Assembly: GCA_007376395.1 (NCBI GenBank)
Contig: VMGE01000006.1
Coordinates: forward strand, 2,812-66,811
Length of the DNA: 64,000 bases
Direction of reading: 5' to 3'
Origin: Microgenomates group bacterium Gr01-1014_5
Lineage (GTDB): Bacteria > Patescibacteriota > Microgenomatia > UBA8517 > UBA10165
Positions 36,020 through 45,158 of this stretch are shown here, one piece after another; within the stretch, counting starts at the first letter, position 1, and each line of letters begins with the position of its first letter. The position numbers and the translations under genes are program-made. A model generated the notes under the pieces. That model did not search any database and was not told the DNA's origin. It worked only from the letters and a program-made list of their open reading frames with translations.

Positions 36020-39000
36020 TTATGCAAAATTTTTCCAAAAACGTTTTTGTCCAACTTGTAAATTTGCTTCTAATTTTTAATGTTGTTTTTTCTTCTTTAG
36101 CGCCATCCTTAGTCTATGCGCAAAACACAGGAGAGTATGACGGAGGAGGAAATGCCGGAGATGACGGCGGAGGAGACAGTGGAGACGAAGGAGATTCTGG
36201 ATCAGATGAGGGTAACACAGGTGACGGAGGAGACGTAGACAACGGAGCGGCAGATGCCGAAACCGGCAACAGTGGAGTGGAGCAAGAAGGAAATCTCGGC
36301 AGCTCAGGGGACGAGGGCAACACCGGATCTGAAGGAAGCGGAGACGGAGGTAATACTGGTGGCGGTGGTGGTGGAGAAGGAGGAAATGCCGGAGATGAAA
36401 GTGGAAATGCAGACAGCGGCAGCTCAGGGGACAGCGGAGGCGGAGGTAATACCGGAGACAGTAGAACACCAACACCCACTCCTGTCTCAGGGGGAACAGG
36501 AAATACTGGCAGTTATGAGCCGAGGTCATACATTTCAGTAACCTACAGTTGCGGGGGGTGGGCAAACGGATGCTCAAATCGGGCCATGGATTGCCGGGTC
36601 TTCAACGGACAAATTGAATCTTGCGGAGGGTGTTACTGCATGGATGCCTCTGTTAACACCCCACCTTCTCCTTCATCTTCAGCACCTGAGGGAAATACCG
36701 GTGCAGAGCCGACACCTACACCAACTCCACCCACACCCGTGCCAACAATAAACGTTGAGGCAGAAGCACTTACCGCAACTGGCAATACCGGAACAGGGGG
36801 TAATATAGGTATAGAGCCTATCGTTCCGGTTACTTCGGATGAAACACAAAGAGCGGCAATTGCGGCGGCGCTTGCCGCAACACAGGCAACCACAATTGAC
36901 CTTATAAACCGGCAAGTCCGCGAAGCCGGTAGTGGAAACACCGGAATTGACCACACGCTTGCTTCAGTCCCAGATAATGTTGGCAATCTTGGCTCGCAAG
37001 TAGCTTCTGCAATCTTTGACCCTTTGGCAGATTTCCGATTACCAAATATTTTTAGTTCAAACTCAGATTTAACTGAAGCAGAAAGGCAAATTAACGAATT
37101 AGACGCAAGACTCGCTCAAGAGAGAGAAGAATTAAACCGCGACTTTTATAATCCCAATAACCCTTTATCTGCCCTCCGCTTGCTTGTTCCCAACGGAGAA
37201 AATAATAATGACCCCTCTGCTCTTTTTGGCCAATTTACGTCTCAAATGGGGAACGCCGGGGTTCGTGTAGAAGGCAATGTCGGAGAACCTTCTTTTAGTC
37301 TCGCGTGCCTGGACGCCGACTGTTTTCTAAGTAAGCTCGGCTCTACTCATCTCGCAACTCTACCGTTACTAGGAAACGTAACGACTGAGGGAGCAGTAGA
37401 TTTTTTTGCCAGCTCTGCACTGGAACTAAACCGGAAAAGCGCAGAAACCTCAAAAGTTCTTGGTGAAGCAAAAGACTTATATAACCAAGCAGGGGTAAGC
37501 GCGAGAATGCGAGCGTCCCAGCCAAATCCTTGCGACACAGATCCCAGCTCAACACAATGTTTAACTTTTTCAACTTTTTCACAAACTTCACCTAATTTAG
37601 CCTTAGAACTTCAAAGAGATAAAGAGCTATACCCCGACGACACCTTAACACCAGAAGAAGTCGCCGCAAGAAACGCTCTTGAAGCAAAGCTCGACGAAGC
37701 CGCTCAGATGGCTTATGACGGCGCAATAGAAACAGCCGCAATCGTAGCAATGACTTATTTTGGAGGTCCGGCTCTCAATAAAGTGGGTGGGTTCATAAAA
37801 GGCGTAGGTGGAAAACTTGTCGGATCTGCGAGTGATTTCCTACGACCAGCAGGAGGAATATTTGATGATTTAGTAACGGGAGGCCGAAGGGTTTTTGGCA
37901 CAGCAGACGATCTTCCAATGCCGGCACATGCCGTTATGCATTCCGTACAGTCAGTAGATGACTATTATGTACCGCCGTTTGCCAGATCTGTCGACCCCGA
38001 AGAAGCGCGAGAAGCGGGTATGAGAATATTTAACAGCGAGGCGCTTCACGACGACGATTTGTTAAGAGTTTCCCATTGGATCCGCAACGGTCAAGGATTG
38101 CCCGACAATGGCTTAAGCGACGATGTTGTCAATTTTGCAAAAAGAGTTTCTGACGATTTAATGTCTTCTTTCGTACCTGACAATAACGGCGGTTTTAGAC
38201 TATCACCAGTTTCAAAAATAACTGAAGCAAAAAGGGCGGTAATTAACGCTCTTGAGCACGAAGGAAATACTGGGCTAATTGTATATAGTCAACGGGCTAT
38301 TAGCGAAGATGAGTACCGCGAATTAGCCGAGCGCTCATTAGACGCAACCATAAGAAACAGACAAAATCAGGAAAAGTTGAGGGGGGCTGTGGAAGAAGCT
38401 AGAAAAATTGCGACCACGATGAACGACTCGCTTGGGGGTTCGGCAAGCGATATCGCCAGACGACAGACCGACATTGAATCTGCTTACGATTTAAGCAGGT
38501 TTCATTCAGCCTCACTTGAAAGCCGACTGGCAGGAAGTAGCGGCGAGGCAGTAGGTGGATTCTTTATTCCAAGAACCGGCCAAATATCTATAACTGAAGG
38601 AACAGGTCTATCTCCTTTGCCGACAATTGTTCACGAGTGTAGACACACTTGCGATTTTTTATCTAGCCCGCAACATTTTAATGATTTGACGCGTAGATTC
38701 GGGAAGCCAGCGGCAGTGGCACTTAACGAAGGAAGAGTTGCTAGTTTTGAAGTAGATGCATTAAAAATCAGTAAATATAATCAGAGCGCAAGTGACGCGA
38801 GTGCGGCACATACTCAAGCATTCCAACAATATAAACAAATATTTGAGGAAGGTATTGTACCAGAGCTGGCAAAAAGAGAAAACGTAACTATTGACGAGGC
38901 CCGTAAAATCACATACAGGGATCCTTCTGCTCTTGATAAAATAGACGATAAAAAAATCAATGAGATTTTAGACCAATTCGGAATCTCGAGAAATAGTCCT

Positions 39001-40272
39001 CCTGAAAAAGAAACGAATAAATTAATAAAGGTGGGAATTGCAACAGCCGGAACAATAACAGCGGTAATCTCTCTTGCGGCAGGGGCAGATCTTTACTTAA
39101 GCAAAACGGGTACTTCACAAGCCACTACCCCAACACCGGTTCCGACACAGAGGCCTGACTTATTAAATTTATTCAACTTTACTAAGAAGGCGTTCGCTCA
39201 AGAGGAATCTAGCAATTCTATATCCACACAACAGCCTTTTGACCTTGCTGTTAAAAAAGAGCTTGTAAAACACATAATAAACACCACTGGTAAAGTTGGC
39301 TTTGAAGATGTCGCTCAAGTTTTAGAGGCAGATACGCTGGAACCTAGGTTTAACAGAATAAGTGAAGGGTATAAATTTACCACTGGAAGCGCCGGCGTTT
39401 CTTGGGGATTGGTTGACAAAGACTTATACTCTGTTGTTCTTGAAGGAATACCCGGCATCGACATACAAACTCCTTTGATTGTTGATGCCAAAAACAATTC
39501 TACTGTTTTAATCCCAATCTCGATATCTAAAGGGAGCGGAAAGGTCGAATCTAAGCCGCAAGGATCAGAAACTTCCCTAATAAAAACAGCTTATGCGCAA
39601 GAAAACGATAATGCCCTTGCAAACGGCAAAACCAAAGTGCAGGTTTTGCTTTTTCAAGACGAAAATAGGAACGGGAAATTTGACACTAGCGATGCGGTTT
39701 TGCCTTGGGCAAATCTTATCGTTAAGCTTAAAGGTTTAAATAACAAGAAGGATATATTCTTAAATCAAGGTTGGAATCTGTTTACTTTAACAAACCTTCC
39801 TTCCAGTCCTCTTACTGCAAACGAATTGTTGCAAGAAATTGCTAAACAGAACGGTTATGCAACGACGGTTTCTACTTTGGAAAATGGGCTTTGGAAGTCA
39901 TATGTTGTCCGGGGAGATAAAACCTACTCAGGAGAAGACTTCCCTATCGTTCCGGGCAGGGCTTACTTTGTTAAAGCACTAAAACAGTCTGTCTTTACTT
40001 ACCAGGGCCAAGAGTTTGTTGCACCTGTTGATTTAACCCTCAATGAGGGATGGAACGCTGTCGGACTGCCAAAAACTTCTCAGGAATATAAAATTTCAGA
40101 CGTTTTGTCAAAACTGGACTCGTCAGGCGCTGACGCCGCAAGCCGCTGGGAATCAGGTCTTTGGGATAGTTTTGTAACTAAAAACAAAGAAGATTACGGA
40201 GAAAACTTCCCAATTGAAACAAACCGCGGCTACATTATCCGCGTTAGAAAAAATACTGCGTTTACGCCTTAA
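36016..40272 (+). CDS. Large secreted protein with GNxG repeats and a zincin HExxH motif
   Basis: Signal VYAQ, about 17 GNxG motifs, IVHECRH..NEG, C-terminal duplicated LNxGWN module. Confidence 0.8.
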   Translation: MIMQNFSKNVFVQLVNLLLIFNVVFSSLAPSLVYAQNTGEYDGGGNAGDDGGGDSGDEGDSGSDEGNTGDGGDVDNGAADAETGNSGVEQEGNLGSSGDEGNTGSEGSGDGGNTGGGGGGEGGNAGDESGNADSGSSGDSGGGGNTGDSRTPTPTPVSGGTGNTGSYEPRSYISVTYSCGGWANGCSNRAMDCRVFNGQIESCGGCYCMDASVNTPPSPSSSAPEGNTGAEPTPTPTPPTPVPTINVEAEALTATGNTGTGGNIGIEPIVPVTSDETQRAAIAAALAATQATTIDLINRQVREAGSGNTGIDHTLASVPDNVGNLGSQVASAIFDPLADFRLPNIFSSNSDLTEAERQINELDARLAQEREELNRDFYNPNNPLSALRLLVPNGENNNDPSALFGQFTSQMGNAGVRVEGNVGEPSFSLACLDADCFLSKLGSTHLATLPLLGNVTTEGAVDFFASSALELNRKSAETSKVLGEAKDLYNQAGVSARMRASQPNPCDTDPSSTQCLTFSTFSQTSPNLALELQRDKELYPDDTLTPEEVAARNALEAKLDEAAQMAYDGAIETAAIVAMTYFGGPALNKVGGFIKGVGGKLVGSASDFLRPAGGIFDDLVTGGRRVFGTADDLPMPAHAVMHSVQSVDDYYVPPFARSVDPEEAREAGMRIFNSEALHDDDLLRVSHWIRNGQGLPDNGLSDDVVNFAKRVSDDLMSSFVPDNNGGFRLSPVSKITEAKRAVINALEHEGNTGLIVYSQRAISEDEYRELAERSLDATIRNRQNQEKLRGAVEEARKIATTMNDSLGGSASDIARRQTDIESAYDLSRFHSASLESRLAGSSGEAVGGFFIPRTGQISITEGTGLSPLPTIVHECRHTCDFLSSPQHFNDLTRRFGKPAAVALNEGRVASFEVDALKISKYNQSASDASAAHTQAFQQYKQIFEEGIVPELAKRENVTIDEARKITYRDPSALDKIDDKKINEILDQFGISRNSPPEKETNKLIKVGIATAGTITAVISLAAGADLYLSKTGTSQATTPTPVPTQRPDLLNLFNFTKKAFAQEESSNSISTQQPFDLAVKKELVKHIINTTGKVGFEDVAQVLEADTLEPRFNRISEGYKFTTGSAGVSWGLVDKDLYSVVLEGIPGIDIQTPLIVDAKNNSTVLIPISISKGSGKVESKPQGSETSLIKTAYAQENDNALANGKTKVQVLLFQDENRNGKFDTSDAVLPWANLIVKLKGLNNKKDIFLNQGWNLFTLTNLPSSPLTANELLQEIAKQNGYATTVSTLENGLWKSYVVRGDKTYSGEDFPIVPGRAYFVKALKQSVFTYQGQEFVAPVDLTLNEGWNAVGLPKTSQEYKISDVLSKLDSSGADAASRWESGLWDSFVTKNKEDYGENFPIETNRGYIIRVRKNTAFTP

Positions 40273-40277
40273 ATATA

Positions 40278-41501
40278 ATGCTTACTCTGCTCAAAAAATA
40301 TTGGCTCGTACTCTTAATCCTTGCTCTCCTTGTTGTTGCTTTACCGGGAGGAGTTTACCTTGCTACAAATCAAACCTCTTTCTTCGGCACTGCTTCGCCA
40401 GAGGAAACTCCAAAGGAAGTGAAAATTACCAATATTTCCGATAACTCTTTTTCTGTTTCTTGGGTAACTCCAGACAAGCAAAATCTAGGTTTTCTTGCTT
40501 ACGGCGAGACTGAACGTTTAGGCAACTCTGCCAGTGATGACCGGGATACTTCCGGAACCCAAGAACGCTACACCCATCACGTTTCTCTCAAAAACCTCTT
40601 ACCATCTACAAACTACTTTTTCAAAATTGGTTCTGGTTCAAAGGAATACGATAATGACAGCAGCTCTTATCAAATTACAACTGCTCCCACCACTACCGAT
40701 CCCCCTCCTTTGGCCGACCCGGCATACGGTAAAATCCTAACTCCGCAAGGCGCGCCCGCAACCGATGTTTTGGTTTATTTAACTGTGGACAGAGGCACTC
40801 CCCTCTCAAGCTATACCAGAAACGACGGCAACTGGTTAATTACTTTAAACAATGCCCGCCGGGCTGACCTTTCCACTTATATTTCCTACAAAGAAACTGG
40901 GGATAATATCTCCCTCTTGGTGAATGGTTCAAATTTGGGCAGGGCAACCGCTAATGCCGATACAAACAACGACAACCCAGTACCGGACATTACCCTTGGC
41001 CAATCATATGAATTCGGAACCTTGGGGTCTGCTCCGCAAACGACCACGGCGCCTGTTGCAGAATCCGCGCCTTCGTCGTTTAGCCTAGAACCTGTCGCGA
41101 ACGTGCAAGAAGCAAGCCCGAGCGCCCTTGAAATCCAAACTCCGGCGGCAGAAACCGCAATCTCCGACTCCACTCCAACTTTTACAGGAACAGGTAAGCC
41201 TGGAGAGATTCTAGATATTATTATTGAAAGTAATCCTATTCGAGCCAAGGTCACAGTCGGTGCAGACGGGACATGGGCTTACACTCCTACCCAAAACCTG
41301 GAATCCGGAGAACATAAAGTTACAATCGCCCAAGCCGGACAAACAAAGACTCAAAATTTCTCGGTGCTTGGAGCCTCAACTGCCAAACCTTCTACAGCCA
41401 GTGCTATTCCTGTAAGCGGTACTTTCGAAAACACGCTGGTTATTTTCGGGTTTGGTTTACTGTTCACACTTCTTGGAAGTTTTCTCATCTTTTACAAATA
41501 A
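40278..41501 (+). CDS. FN3 plus Ig-like (Big) surface protein with C-terminal TM anchor
   Basis: TNISDNSFSVSW, TPTFTGTG...DGTWAYTP, IPVSG followed by a TM. Confidence 0.8.
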   Translation: MLTLLKKYWLVLLILALLVVALPGGVYLATNQTSFFGTASPEETPKEVKITNISDNSFSVSWVTPDKQNLGFLAYGETERLGNSASDDRDTSGTQERYTHHVSLKNLLPSTNYFFKIGSGSKEYDNDSSSYQITTAPTTTDPPPLADPAYGKILTPQGAPATDVLVYLTVDRGTPLSSYTRNDGNWLITLNNARRADLSTYISYKETGDNISLLVNGSNLGRATANADTNNDNPVPDITLGQSYEFGTLGSAPQTTTAPVAESAPSSFSLEPVANVQEASPSALEIQTPAAETAISDSTPTFTGTGKPGEILDIIIESNPIRAKVTVGADGTWAYTPTQNLESGEHKVTIAQAGQTKTQNFSVLGASTAKPSTASAIPVSGTFENTLVIFGFGLLFTLLGSFLIFYK

Positions 41502-41550
41502 GTAGCGCTTCGACTTCTTCCTCGGTATAATTACGCTAGAATTAGTCGTC

Positions 41551-43689
41551 ATGGACAAAACATATAATCACAAACTACACGAAAAAGATATTTACACCTT
41601 TTGGGAAAAGGGTGGATATTTCCCCCCTTCGCCAAAGGCTACGGAGGGGCAAGGCAAGCCTTTTACTATTATTATGCCTCCTCCAAACGCCAACGACCCT
41701 TTACACATTGGACACGCCCGCTTTGTCGCTATAGAAGACACATTAATCCGCTACCACAGAATGAAAGGAGAGCCAACGCTCTGGCTCCCTGGAGCAGACC
41801 ATGCCGGAATCGAAACCCAATTTGTATTTGAGAAGCGCCTTAAAGAACAAGGCAAGAGCCGTTTTGATTTTGACCGCGACACACTTTTCAAAATGATTTG
41901 GGATTATGTGCAGGAAAACAAAGGTGTTATGGAAAATCAGCTCAGGATTTTAGGCGCCTCGTGCGACTGGACGCGCAATAAATTTACTCTCGACCCAGAG
42001 ATACAAAAAATTGTCTACAAAACTTTCAAGGCTCTTTCTGACGACGGACTCCTCTACCGTGGTGATCGCCTGGTTAATTACTGCACAGTCTGCGGCACGG
42101 GCTACTCCGAACTTGAGGTTGACAGAATAGAAAGAACCGACCCGCTTTATTACGTGCGTTACAAAAAAATAGACAGTGCGGATTATGTTGTTGTTGCCAC
42201 AACCCGTCCTGAGCCGATTTTTGCCGATACTCATTTGGCGGTTAATCCCAAAGATAAAAAGAACAAAGACTTGATAGGTACTAAAGTTCTAAACCCTTTA
42301 ACAAAACAGGAAATGGAAATTATAGGCGACGAGTTTGTTGATCCGGAATTTGGCACAGGTATTGTAAAACTGACGCCAGCCCACGACTTCAACGATTTTC
42401 AAGTTGCCGAGAAGCACAACTTGCCAATCATCCGCGCTATTAATCCTGACGGAAAAATTTCTCAGGCGGGAGGAAAATACGCCGGTCTTTACGTTAAAAA
42501 AGCGCGAGCGGCAATCGTTCACGATTTGCAAGAAAACGGTCTGATAGAAAAAATTGACGACAAATACCAACACGTGGTGGGAATTTGCTACCGCTGTAAA
42601 ACGAATATTGAGCCCATGACACGGGAGCAATGGTTTGTCAAAATCAGACCCTTAGCCGATAAAGCTCTACAGGCGGTCAAAAAAGGTGAGGTTAAATTCG
42701 CCGCTGAACGTTTTGAAAAAATTGCCATCCATTGGCTTAAGAATTTACGCGACTGGAATATCTCCCGCCAAATTGTTTGGGGAATGGCGATTCCTGCATG
42801 GCAGTGCAAAGAATGTAACAAGTGGATAATTACCGATAGCGAGGCGCCCATGGAATGCTCCTGCGGCTCACGAAATCTCGTCCAAGACCCCGACACCTTT
42901 GATACCTGGTTCTCCTCGGGTCAATGGCCATTCGCGACCTTACAGACCACAGAACCCGGTGACTTTGAATACTTTTACCCAACTTCTGTTATGAATACAG
43001 GATACGACATTGTCCCTTTCTGGGTTTTACGAATGATAATGTTGGGACTGTACACGACCGGCAACGTGCCATTTAAAAATGTACTAGTGCATGGACTGGT
43101 CCGCGACGCCCAAGGGCAAAAGATTTCCAAATCAAAAGGCAATGTTATTAACCCAATAGAAATGGCGGATAAATACGGCACAGATGCGTTAAGGATGGGT
43201 ATTCTGTGGGGCGCCTTAGTCGAAAGCGACATTGCACTATCCGAAAACAACATCCGCGGGCAAAGGAATTTTGGCAACAAGATTTGGAACATAGCGCGCT
43301 TCGTTCTTTCAACACCTCTAGTCTCTAACCTCCAGTCTCCAACCTCTAACGAAGATGATGAGCGGATTCTCAAAGAACTTAATGAAAGTATTAAAAAGAT
43401 AACAGATGCGCTTGACCAGTATCGTTTAAGCGAGGCGGCAGAAGAGTTGTATGAATTTGTTTGGAAAAAGTTTGCAGACGTTTATCTTGAAAAAACTAAA
43501 GACCGCCGGGGTGATGCACAACCTACCCTACTTTTTGTTTTACAAGAATCTTTAAAACTTGCTCATCCATTTATGCCTTTTATTACTGAGGCAATCTGGA
43601 AGATTGCCAATAAACAATACTCAGTAAACAGTCCTCAGGGATTTTTCAAAGAAGAAGCTTTGATTACAGCTCGCTGGCCAGCTAGTTGA
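41551..43689 (+). CDS. valS: Valine--tRNA ligase (short, no C-terminal coiled coil)
   Basis: PPPNAN..LHIGH, DHAGIETQ, TTRPE, TPAHD, DWNISRQ, KISKSKGN. Confidence 0.97.
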   Translation: MDKTYNHKLHEKDIYTFWEKGGYFPPSPKATEGQGKPFTIIMPPPNANDPLHIGHARFVAIEDTLIRYHRMKGEPTLWLPGADHAGIETQFVFEKRLKEQGKSRFDFDRDTLFKMIWDYVQENKGVMENQLRILGASCDWTRNKFTLDPEIQKIVYKTFKALSDDGLLYRGDRLVNYCTVCGTGYSELEVDRIERTDPLYYVRYKKIDSADYVVVATTRPEPIFADTHLAVNPKDKKNKDLIGTKVLNPLTKQEMEIIGDEFVDPEFGTGIVKLTPAHDFNDFQVAEKHNLPIIRAINPDGKISQAGGKYAGLYVKKARAAIVHDLQENGLIEKIDDKYQHVVGICYRCKTNIEPMTREQWFVKIRPLADKALQAVKKGEVKFAAERFEKIAIHWLKNLRDWNISRQIVWGMAIPAWQCKECNKWIITDSEAPMECSCGSRNLVQDPDTFDTWFSSGQWPFATLQTTEPGDFEYFYPTSVMNTGYDIVPFWVLRMIMLGLYTTGNVPFKNVLVHGLVRDAQGQKISKSKGNVINPIEMADKYGTDALRMGILWGALVESDIALSENNIRGQRNFGNKIWNIARFVLSTPLVSNLQSPTSNEDDERILKELNESIKKITDALDQYRLSEAAEELYEFVWKKFADVYLEKTKDRRGDAQPTLLFVLQESLKLAHPFMPFITEAIWKIANKQYSVNSPQGFFKEEALITARWPAS

Positions 43690-43696
43690 TAGTGTA

Positions 43697-44011
43697 ATGA
43701 ATATAGGTAACACTGTCTCAAAAAATGGAGTTAAAATCCGCCTCACAGAAGAACGGTGGAAACATATTGTTCTTATGCATCCAGGTCTTATTGGCAGACA
43801 AAAGCAAGTTTTAACAACAATAAAAAATCCAGACTATGTTTTCAGGGGTGGAGCTGAAGAGATATTAGCAGTTACAAAAGTTTCTCTAAGAAGATATCTT
43901 GTGGTAATATACAAAGAGACAGAAGCTGACGGATTTATTATCACAGCCTATGAAACAACCGATACTCGTTGGCTGTTTAAGAAAGAATTAATATGGAACA
44001 AGCATTTGTAA
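43697..44011 (+). CDS. Putative BECR/RelE-like nuclease toxin
   Basis: IRLTEERWKHI..HP...TIKNPD...GFIITAY; overlaps a DUF2283-like gene. Confidence 0.6.
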   Translation: MNIGNTVSKNGVKIRLTEERWKHIVLMHPGLIGRQKQVLTTIKNPDYVFRGGAEEILAVTKVSLRRYLVVIYKETEADGFIITAYETTDTRWLFKKELIWNKHL

Positions 44012-44232
44012 ATACTGTTTTACCAAAATTGGGACTACGTCATGTTATGGATATGCGTAATCCCCCTCTGTGGATCTCTTATGACAGAGAGGGCGATGCT
44101 GTGCGTGTGGTTTTTGAGGAGGCAAAAAAGAGCGACAAGTCTGCTCTTGATAAAAATGATGTTATTGTCACCAAAAGAGGTAAGAAGTTAATTAACATGA
44201 CAATTTTAAACGCAAGCCGTCTTTTTAGCTAA
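43993..44232 (+). CDS. DUF2283-like protein (putative antitoxin)
   Basis: ISYDREGDAVRVVF...TILNAS. Confidence 0.65.
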   Translation: MEQAFVNTVLPKLGLRHVMDMRNPPLWISYDREGDAVRVVFEEAKKSDKSALDKNDVIVTKRGKKLINMTILNASRLFS

Positions 44233-44414
44233 CTTTTTAGTCATGATAGTCTCCAAATCTACTTGCGGTCTTTGTAAGCTCACCAAGAAATATAAGAAAA
44301 ACAATACTAAATTAAAAAGTGTTATTAGGCGCGCGTTACTAGAAGGAGAATTAACAGCGAATTTAATTAAAAGTTATTCGAAGTATTGATCTCTTCGTGG
44401 CCTGAGGTGTAAAA

Positions 44415-45158
44415 TTACTCTTTCTTTCCGTCAGTAGGTGTGTTCTCTCCTGTGACAGCTTTTTCTGTACCTTCTGTGGCTGGAGTTTCACCCTCTGCAG
44501 CTGGAGCACCACCTTCTGCTGCGGCGACTTCACCCTCTGCCGGTGCGGCAACTACCGGTTCTTCAACTTTCGCCGGTTCTTCGATTACAACCACAATTTG
44601 CTCTGGATCACCTTTTATTTCAACTTTTGTCTTATCGACTTTTAGGTCTGCGACTTTTATTGCTTGACCAACTTCGGTTAACTCCGAAACATCAACGGTA
44701 ATATTTTCCGGAAGATCGGTTGGTAATGCTTCTACCTCTACTTCGCGCAACTGAGGAACCAAAATTCCTTCTTGGGATTTTTCGATTGGCGACTCGCCTG
44801 TAAATTCAATTTGGACTGTGGCGGTAACTTTTTCGAGCAGGTCGACCTCTAGAAAATCTGCGTGAACCGGAAGATCTGTTACTGAATTTAACTGGACGTT
44901 ATGGATTAAAACTGGATGTTCTGTACTGCCCACTTTTAAAGAAACTAATCCAGTCTCGCCAACTTCTTTAAAAGTCTTTAAAAATTCGATTAGGTTGACC
45001 TGAACCGACTGAGATTTAACTTTTTTACCGTAAATATTTCCAGGCAAAACACCAGTGCGGCGTAATTGTTTTACTTTACGTCCTACAACTGTTCTTGGTT
45101 CTGCTTGTAATGTGTGTTGATCCCGATCAGATCGGGATTGACTCACTTGGGCTGCCAT
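44415..45158 (-). CDS. rplY: 50S ribosomal protein bL25 (long CTC form)
   Basis: LRRTGVLPGNIYG, HADF, LPTDLPE.I.VDVS. Confidence 0.95.
   Translation of the reverse strand: MAAQVSQSRSDRDQHTLQAEPRTVVGRKVKQLRRTGVLPGNIYGKKVKSQSVQVNLIEFLKTFKEVGETGLVSLKVGSTEHPVLIHNVQLNSVTDLPVHADFLEVDLLEKVTATVQIEFTGESPIEKSQEGILVPQLREVEVEALPTDLPENITVDVSELTEVGQAIKVADLKVDKTKVEIKGDPEQIVVVIEEPAKVEEPVVAAPAEGEVAAAEGGAPAAEGETPATEGTEKAVTGENTPTDGKKE

Noticed and set aside
44243-44389. 48-aa ORF after the DUF2283-like gene
   Set aside because: Too short and no recognisable motif; may be a remnant but cannot be supported
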